Assembly: GCA_944331915.1 (NCBI GenBank)
Contig: CALVIR010000002.1
Coordinates: 7,149 to 71,148 of the forward strand
Direction: 5' to 3'
DNA from: an uncultured Bacilli bacterium
GTDB lineage: Bacteria; Bacillota_I; Bacilli_A; RF39; UBA660
DNA: 64,000 bases
Below the pieces are notes generated by a model. That model saw nothing but the letters and a program-made list of their open reading frames with translations, did not search any database and was not told the DNA's origin. Shown piece after piece: positions 57,887 through 64,000 of the stretch; position 1 is the stretch's first letter; each line of letters starts with the position of its first letter. Both the position numbers and the translations under genes were made by a program.

Positions 57887-58501
57887 TTATTGAGCTGCTG
57901 CTGCTCCATAAACATTTACTCTTAATTTATAAGTACCGCCTGCACTACCATCAGAATAATTTTCATCTACCCACATTCTTAACCGATAACTATTTGTTGT
58001 AGAACTAGTAAAAGTACCTCTTGTTAAAACATATTGATTACTAGGAGCTTTAGAAAGTTCAGAACTTGTAGTTTTTCCTAATTGTGACATAAGTGTTGGG
58101 GCTAATACTGCCTCTTCTGTATTATTATTAACTCTAGTTAAATACACTTTCATCGCAGAATCAGGAGCTGTACTACCATCGTTAGTTGCCGTAATTGCAT
58201 AATTAATTGTTGTATTTCCTGTTCCTACAATTTCTGCTTCCACAGTAAAATCAAAAGTATTATTATTTCCAGTCAAAGCCATCCCTGCCGCATCACTTAT
58301 TGGTAAAGCATCAGACAAATTAATACCATTTTGTGGTTCATCATAACTCATATTAATAACACCTGTGGTTATAGTATTATTTTTAGCCCCAGGCTTACTA
58401 TATTGAAAAACAGCAAAAGAAACACCAACCACGACTAAAACTAGAACTAAAATACCTAAACCAGATAATAAAATCTCTTTAGAATTATTATTCTCCATCA
58501 A
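57887..58501 (-). CDS. TasA/camelysin-like secreted protein (paralog 2)
   Basis: VVGVSFAVFQYSKPG, GINLSDALPISDAAG, FDFTVEAE, YRLRMWVDEN, YKLRVNVYG. Confidence 0.6.
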   Translation of the reverse strand: MMENNNSKEILLSGLGILVLVLVVVGVSFAVFQYSKPGAKNNTITTGVINMSYDEPQNGINLSDALPISDAAGMALTGNNNTFDFTVEAEIVGTGNTTINYAITATNDGSTAPDSAMKVYLTRVNNNTEEAVLAPTLMSQLGKTTSSELSKAPSNQYVLTRGTFTSSTTNSYRLRMWVDENYSDGSAGGTYKLRVNVYGAAAAQ

Positions 58502-58574
58502 AGATAACCTCCTCGTTAGTATAATGATAACACAAAAGAAGAAATAAATACAACATTTTTAAAACAAAAAGAAA

Positions 58575-58598
58575 AAGTGTCAGAGATTAGACACTTTC
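58575..58598 (-). terminator. Intrinsic terminator after paralog 1
   Basis: AAAGTGTC / GACACTTT stem followed by a T-rich run on the minus strand. Confidence 0.55.
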
Positions 58599-58635
58599 TT
58601 AATTTAGTTTATCTGTTACTTAGAATGCTTCAATA

Positions 58636-59271
58636 CTATTGAGCATCAGCTTGACCATAAACACGTACTCTTAACTTGTAAGTTTCACTTGTTGTAGGTG
58701 CAGTAGCATCGTCAGCAATCCACATTCTTAAACGATAACTATCAGTGTTACTAGAACCAGAATAAGTACCATTCTTTAATACATAGTCATCAGATGTGTT
58801 AGGTGCACCAGTAGTAGCAGAAACTGTACTTGAAGCTGGTAAAGTATTCAACTTCACTGGATTAGTTGATGTATTACCAGTAGCAGTATCTTCTTGGTCA
58901 GTTAAATAAACTTTAACTGTAGAATCAGTAACAAAAGTATTGCTAGCATTATCATCTTCTGGAGCTGCAATGATTGCATAGTTAATTGTAGCATTACCAG
59001 TTACACTAGCAGTAATAGTGAAATCAAAAACATTATCTTCACCAGTTAAAGCCTTACCTTGTACATCAGTCATAGGTAATGCATCAGTCAAATTAATACC
59101 ATTAGTATCCTCACTATAACTCATAGTAATTGAACCAGTAGTAATGGTATTAACTTGAGTTCCTGTATCAGTATAACTGAATGCTGCAAATGATACTCCC
59201 ACTACAGCTACAACTAAAATTGCTACACCAAGCACTGATAATAAAACTTGTTTAGAGTTATTATCTTTCAT
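58636..59271 (-). CDS. TasA/camelysin-like secreted protein (paralog 1, probable major subunit)
   Basis: VVGVSFAAFSYTDTG, GINLTDALPMTDVQGK, FDFTITAS, YRLRMWIADD, YKLRVRVYG. First in the cluster, has its own terminator, and is visibly less AT-skewed in codon choice. Confidence 0.6.
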   Translation of the reverse strand: MKDNNSKQVLLSVLGVAILVVAVVGVSFAAFSYTDTGTQVNTITTGSITMSYSEDTNGINLTDALPMTDVQGKALTGEDNVFDFTITASVTGNATINYAIIAAPEDDNASNTFVTDSTVKVYLTDQEDTATGNTSTNPVKLNTLPASSTVSATTGAPNTSDDYVLKNGTYSGSSNTDSYRLRMWIADDATAPTTSETYKLRVRVYGQADAQ

Positions 59272-59356
59272 CTTGTATCTAACCTCCTTCTATGATAACT
59301 ATAGCACACCTCTAACTTTAAACGCAACCTATTTTTTGAAATTTTACATATTATTT

Positions 59357-59977
59357 TTACCAACCATATCTAATTAACTCAAATTTGACATTATTACTCG
59401 TAGCAAAACCTTTTAAGTTACTTTGTGTAGCAAAAAGCAAATCAAAATGATTACCTGTAACTGCTCCTCCTCTATCCATAACAACAGCAAGGATTGGTTC
59501 ATCATATATATTAATACCACTAATTCTTACAATACTACCACAAGGAATTGATCTATCCGCTGCTACTACTCTAACTTGTCCATAAACTTGATCATCAAAA
59601 TAAATATTACCATTTCTAAAATCTTGTCTTGGTGGACATGCACTATATCCACTACATCCTATACAATCAGGTCCATAAGCAGTTATTTTACCAATAAATG
59701 CCACAGGACTACTACTAGCTAAACTCATCGCCTCACTAAAACTATCATAAACTGGAATCTCTTTAAGTTTATTCGCTTCCGTAATAGAATTATACTTATT
59801 AACAATATGAACTGCTTGAAGCGACTTAACACTATTTATATTAGATGTAACCACCACAGTCTTCGTATTACCTGAAACCACAACAAAAGCTAAACAAAAT
59901 ACAAAGCCAATAATAATAAAATAATGAACAAATCTTTTTCCCACACTAACTACCTTCTTTAAAAAAGATAATATCAT
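59357..59977 (-). CDS. 3D-domain (RlpA-like double-psi beta-barrel) protein, YabE-like
   Basis: N-terminal TM helix. C-terminal GKITAYGPDC, VAADRSIPCGSIV, VVMDRGGAV..HFDLLF. Confidence 0.7.
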   Translation of the reverse strand: MILSFLKKVVSVGKRFVHYFIIIGFVFCLAFVVVSGNTKTVVVTSNINSVKSLQAVHIVNKYNSITEANKLKEIPVYDSFSEAMSLASSSPVAFIGKITAYGPDCIGCSGYSACPPRQDFRNGNIYFDDQVYGQVRVVAADRSIPCGSIVRISGINIYDEPILAVVMDRGGAVTGNHFDLLFATQSNLKGFATSNNVKFELIRYGW

Positions 59978-60732
59978 TACTTATTACTAAAGTCAAATAA
60001 ATGCCTTGCATTATAATTAGTAATTTTTTCCACCTCTTCTATTGAGCAATCTTTTATAGAAGCAATATATGAAGCAATAATTGGAATATTTTTAGATGAA
60101 TTCTGTTTTCCTCTATACGGTTCTGGACTTAAATAAGGACTATCCGTTTCTAATACGATGCTTGTTAAAGGTAATGATTTAACTACCTCTTTTAATTTTG
60201 AATTTTTAAACGTAACAACTCCACCTATTCCTAAATAAAAACCCATTTTTATATAAATCTCAGCTGTTTCTAAACTTCCACTAAAACAATGAATTATTCC
60301 CTTAACTTTATATTTCTTTAAAGTTTCTATAGTATCTAATGTTGCATCTCGTGAATGTATAACCACTGGTAAATCAAATTCTAATGCTATCTTTAATTGT
60401 TCTTCAAATAACCATAACTGCTGCTCTTTATTATCTTTAGAATAATGATAATCTAAACCAATTTCTCCTATCCCTACAACTTTTTTCTGTTTTAAATTTT
60501 TCTTAAGATATTCCAAATCATCTCTTGTAACATCATCAGCATATTCTGGATGAAAACCTAAGGTCACATACATAATATCATATTTATCTTTAAGCTCTAA
60601 AACCTCTTTAATATCTTTTAACGAGCATCCTGATACAACTATCTCAGAAATTAAAGCTTCTTCATCTTCTTTTATTACTAAATCTATATCATTATAATCG
60701 TCTTTACTTAAATGACAATGTGTATCTATCAT
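59977..60732 (-). CDS. tatD: TatD-family metal-dependent hydrolase
   Basis: MIDTHCHL start motif, GEIGLDY, HSR, ETDSPYL. metG-tatD synteny. Confidence 0.9.
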   Translation of the reverse strand: MIDTHCHLSKDDYNDIDLVIKEDEEALISEIVVSGCSLKDIKEVLELKDKYDIMYVTLGFHPEYADDVTRDDLEYLKKNLKQKKVVGIGEIGLDYHYSKDNKEQQLWLFEEQLKIALEFDLPVVIHSRDATLDTIETLKKYKVKGIIHCFSGSLETAEIYIKMGFYLGIGGVVTFKNSKLKEVVKSLPLTSIVLETDSPYLSPEPYRGKQNSSKNIPIIASYIASIKDCSIEEVEKITNYNARHLFDFSNK

Positions 60733-60788
60733 AATTTTCCCTTCTTTCACAAAAAAATTATAACAAAAAAAAGGGCCTTCTAAAACCC

Positions 60789-60968
60789 TTATCTCTTATT
60801 AACAGACTTTTTATGACGACAATGCCATATTCTTATTAGATAAACAGTAAAAATAAGAAAATAGCCAATATCAATTATCTCCTGCTTAACTATAACCACC
60901 ATAAATAATATTACATACAGCAAGTAAAATACTACGGTATCCATTTCTACTTTAAATTTATTCATCAT
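60789..60968 (-). CDS. Small hydrophobic ORF (59 aa)
   Basis: ATG at 60968, two predicted TM segments, basic C-terminus. Below the ORF-track cutoff and with no family, so weak. Confidence 0.25.
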   Translation of the reverse strand: MMNKFKVEMDTVVFYLLYVILFMVVIVKQEIIDIGYFLIFTVYLIRIWHCRHKKSVNKR

Positions 60969-61079
60969 AATATCCTTTCTTTACTCCTCGTACTACTTGC
61001 CACTACTGTTTAGAGTATAGCATAAAAAAAGGAACTACCAAGAGAAATAGTCCACTTTCTTTTTTATTTTACAATTTCT

Positions 61080-62618
61080 TTACAAGTTATGCTCTGTCAA
61101 AAACTGTTCTTTATTTATTCGTTCAAATAAGACTTTAGGCACATTTAATTGATATTTATTAGTTTCAAGATACTTACTATCTTTACAATTAGTATTTAAT
61201 TGTCTAAATATCTCTTCACTGGTATTATAAATAGCAAAATCAAAGCTAACCGCACACACTCTAATCGCTTCTAACAAGTTATAGATTACTGTTTCTAATC
61301 TTTCTTTGTTATTTTCATCTTTCGCTAATATCCAAGGTGTTGTCTCATCTATATATTTATTACTAGCTCTTAAAACCTCAAATATAGTTTCAAGACTATT
61401 AGCAATTTCTAAATTATCCATTAACATTTCTATTTTTTTATCCAAACTATTAATTTTCTCAATAAAGTCATAATCTATATCCTCATATACTCTCTTATTT
61501 TCTATTTTACCATCAAAGTACTTATTACCCATACTAATGGTCCTTTGAACAAGATTACCAAGCGTATTAGCTAAATCACTATTAATAGTCTCAATAACTA
61601 ATTCATAACTAATATTACCATCATTAGCATAAGGTATTTGTCTTAATAAGTAATAACGTATCGCATCAACACCAAATAAACTAACTAATTGATCAGCATA
61701 TATTACATTACCCTTACTTTTACTCATTTTATCATTATTAGTTAATAACCATGGATGACCAAATATTTTCTTTGGTAGTGGTAAGTCAAGAGCCATTAAG
61801 ATTATAGGCCAATATATTGTATGGAAACGCAAAATATCTTTACCAATTAAATGCAAATCACAAGGCCATAACTCTTTAAATTTTTGACTTGCCCCATCAG
61901 GATCATAACCAATAAAAGTAATATAATTAGTTAAAGCATCAATCCAGACATAAATAACATGTTTAGGATCAAAAGTTACAGGAATACTCCATTTAAATGA
62001 GGTTCTTGTCACACACAAATCTTGTAAACCAGGCTTAAGAAAATTATTAACCATTTCATTTTTCCTAGATACTGGTTGAATAAATTCAGGATGATCCTCT
62101 ATATATTTTAAAAGTCTATCTTGATACTTACTCATTCTAAAGAAATAAGCTTCTTCTTTTTGTTTTTCAACTGCCCTTCCACAATCAGGACATTTTCCAT
62201 CTACAAGTTGGCTATCAGTAAAATAAGCTTCACATGGCATACAATACCATCCTTCATAATAGTCTTTATAGATATCTCCTTGTTCATACAATTTATTAAA
62301 GATTTTTTGTACTATCTCTTCATGATGTTTATCCGTCGTTCTTACAAATGCATCATAACTAGTATTCATTAAATCCCAAGTATCTTTTATTTCTTTAGCT
62401 ACTTTATCTACAAACTCTTGTGGTTCAATCCCTGCTTCTTTTGCTTTCGTTTCAATTTTTAACCCATGCTCATCTGTCCCTGTCTGAAAGTAAACATCAT
62501 ATCCTTTATTTCTCTTATATCTCGCAACCGCATCTGCTAATACAACCTCATAAGTATTTCCAATATGTGGTTTTGCTGATGTATATGTTATCGCTGTCGT
62601 AATATAATATTTTGCCAT
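61080..62618 (-). CDS. metG: Methionine--tRNA ligase
   Basis: HIGN (HIGH) and KMSKS motifs, zinc knuckle CPDCG. Start taken at MAKYYITT behind AAGGAGG. Confidence 0.95.
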   Translation of the reverse strand: MAKYYITTAITYTSAKPHIGNTYEVVLADAVARYKRNKGYDVYFQTGTDEHGLKIETKAKEAGIEPQEFVDKVAKEIKDTWDLMNTSYDAFVRTTDKHHEEIVQKIFNKLYEQGDIYKDYYEGWYCMPCEAYFTDSQLVDGKCPDCGRAVEKQKEEAYFFRMSKYQDRLLKYIEDHPEFIQPVSRKNEMVNNFLKPGLQDLCVTRTSFKWSIPVTFDPKHVIYVWIDALTNYITFIGYDPDGASQKFKELWPCDLHLIGKDILRFHTIYWPIILMALDLPLPKKIFGHPWLLTNNDKMSKSKGNVIYADQLVSLFGVDAIRYYLLRQIPYANDGNISYELVIETINSDLANTLGNLVQRTISMGNKYFDGKIENKRVYEDIDYDFIEKINSLDKKIEMLMDNLEIANSLETIFEVLRASNKYIDETTPWILAKDENNKERLETVIYNLLEAIRVCAVSFDFAIYNTSEEIFRQLNTNCKDSKYLETNKYQLNVPKVLFERINKEQFLTEHNL

Positions 62619-62639
62619 TTCTAACTCCTCCTTATCAAA

Positions 62640-62855
62640 ACAAAAAATTATTGCAAACAAAGGACGAGCATTCCCGCGGTACCACCTTTTTTCACAATAA
62701 TTTTGTGCCCTTTATTAATTAACGCTTAATAACGTCCATATTTACATATCAATATGAAAGTTCAAGAGCCATAATTTATAATTATCGTCGCTTCATTTCC
62801 ACCAACTAGAAGTCTCTATATCTAAGTAACTATAAACCTCTCCATCAAAACTTTT
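62640..62855 (-). promoter_or_regulatory. T-box riboswitch leader (Met specifier) of metG
   Basis: On the minus strand: T-box sequence AAAAAAGGTGGTACCGCGGG (62673-62692), specifier-loop context GGAAATGAAGCG with AUG at 62796-62794, and a ~20-bp terminator helix AAAATTATTGTGAAAAAAGG / CCTTTGTTTGCAATAATTTT followed by Ts. Confidence 0.85.
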
Positions 62856-62882
62856 AATAACCAAATTTTACCATGATTATAA

Positions 62883-63425
62883 TTATTCTTCAAGATATTT
62901 TCCTAAAAAACTAGCAATTATCTGCACTAGATGCTCATCTTCCTCTGTAAAAATTCTTGCATCATCTATTATCATTAAAACTAAACCTAGCGCTTCCCCA
63001 TCTGCTAAAATAGGACTAACAATATAATTATAATTCCCATTATCCGTTGTATTTGTATCTAAAAGTTCTTTAATATTTCCACTACTTTTTAACATACTAT
63101 CGTTAGCAAACAAATATTCTTCAATTTCACTAGAAATATTAAACCCTAAGAAATTCTTTTTTAGTTCTCCACTTCCAGCAATAAATTTATCTCTATCAGT
63201 CACAAAGATACTTTTTTTAATAGTCCTATAAATAGTATCTAGAAGATCCTGAGAGATATTTGAAAGATCTGCACTAGTAGAAAATTTTTTTAACGTAATA
63301 GTTTCTTTATCAACAAAAAATTCTAAAGACTCTCCATCCCTAATTCTAAGAGTTTTTCTAATCTCTTTAGGAATAACTATTCTTCCTAAATCATCAATCC
63401 TTCTTACTACACCTGTTGTTTTCAT
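62883..63425 (-). CDS. spoVT: Stage V sporulation protein T (AbrB-type N-domain plus GAF-like domain)
   Basis: MKTTGVVRRIDDLGRIVIPKEIRKTLRIRDG swapped-hairpin AbrB motif. 180 aa, as for SpoVT. Confidence 0.85.
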   Translation of the reverse strand: MKTTGVVRRIDDLGRIVIPKEIRKTLRIRDGESLEFFVDKETITLKKFSTSADLSNISQDLLDTIYRTIKKSIFVTDRDKFIAGSGELKKNFLGFNISSEIEEYLFANDSMLKSSGNIKELLDTNTTDNGNYNYIVSPILADGEALGLVLMIIDDARIFTEEDEHLVQIIASFLGKYLEE

Positions 63426-63572
63426 TATACGCTCCTTCCTTTTCAGTAGTTATTGTTCCAATATCTGCCCATTTTATACCATCTAAATAAAACTATCTAT
63501 TGATATTATAAACATAAGAAGGAACTTTTTTCTTTGGTAATTATTACCAATTGAAAAATAAAGAAAACTCAT

Positions 63573-63989
63573 CTAATCAAATAGATGAGAATTTTCTGTT
63601 GTAAATATAAATCTATCAAGATATTCTTTTAAACTATTAAGTAAAATTGTATCTTTAACTATTAATTTCATTTCTAATAATTCTAAAAATTGTTTCACAT
63701 AAGTTACTTGCAAGAACCTTATCATTTCTTTTTTATATTTAGGTTCAATTTCACTATTTATATTATCAATATTACTAACCAATTCTTTATTTATTAAGTC
63801 TAAAACTAACTCTTTACTTTCTTTTTTTATTTCTTTATCAAACTTGACTAACTCTTTTTTTAACTCTTTTACTAAATTAAGTGATTTATCATCACCGATT
63901 TTTTCTATATGTTTAGAAATAAATTTTTTCCTTTTATCACCAATTTTTTTAAATTTTTCCTTTAGTTTGTCTTTATAATTAGATAACAA
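63573..63989 (-). CDS. Hypothetical Lys/Glu-rich helical protein (may extend beyond the window)
   Basis: 138-aa ORF near the window edge. No family recognised. Confidence 0.35.
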   Translation of the reverse strand: MLSNYKDKLKEKFKKIGDKRKKFISKHIEKIGDDKSLNLVKELKKELVKFDKEIKKESKELVLDLINKELVSNIDNINSEIEPKYKKEMIRFLQVTYVKQFLELLEMKLIVKDTILLNSLKEYLDRFIFTTENSHLFD

Positions 63990-64000
63990 TTGGTTTAAAA

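Overview
Strongly AT-rich, spore-forming Firmicutes-type chromosome segment, with almost all genes on the minus strand. The backbone is conserved housekeeping and sporulation synteny: murD/femX, the rpsL-rpsG-fusA-tuf operon, clpP, whiA-yvcK-trxB-lgt-uvrA, rel, sigH-like-rlmB-mrnC-cysS, clpC, lysS-dusB, mscL-ftsH-tilS, divIC-yabQ-yabP-spoVG-veg-yabG-rsmA, tatD-metG (with a Met T-box) and spoVT. Two accessory regions stand out. (1) An island of about 12 kb (8.1-20.6 kb) holds a diversity-generating retroelement (DGR): avd plus a DGR-type reverse transcriptase, and a 624-aa membrane-anchored target protein whose C-terminal FGE/C-type-lectin-like variable repeat (VR 15891-15999) differs from a template repeat (TR 18028-18136) at 15 positions, all of them TR adenines. 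Instead of a single TR, the locus carries an array of at least five further TR-like cassettes (A-E, 12.57-15.56 kb). Each has the same GC-rich end anchors but a different, Asn-codon-rich core of different length. Most also have their own promoter-like 5' flank and a conserved structured 3' module of about 150 nt. This looks like a multi-template DGR, and it is the most interesting thing in the window. A DUF4143-type ATPase sits inside the array, a C39-like peptidase gene follows the RT, and an amidoligase/GGCT pair flanks the TR. (2) A SipW-type signal peptidase operon with four tandem TasA/camelysin-like secreted paralogs plus accessory membrane proteins (54.1-59.3 kb) is inserted into the conserved yabE-ksgA interval. 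The N-terminal domain of the DGR target belongs to the same protein family, which links the two regions. Smaller observations: a rod-like inverted-repeat element of about 200 nt flanked by 15-nt direct repeats, two Cheo(LexA)-box-like promoters, iteron-like GTCA repeats, a frameshifted AlbA_2/Schlafen-like gene, and a C-terminally short Rel homolog. No rRNA, tRNA, CRISPR array, integrase or transposase was recognised.
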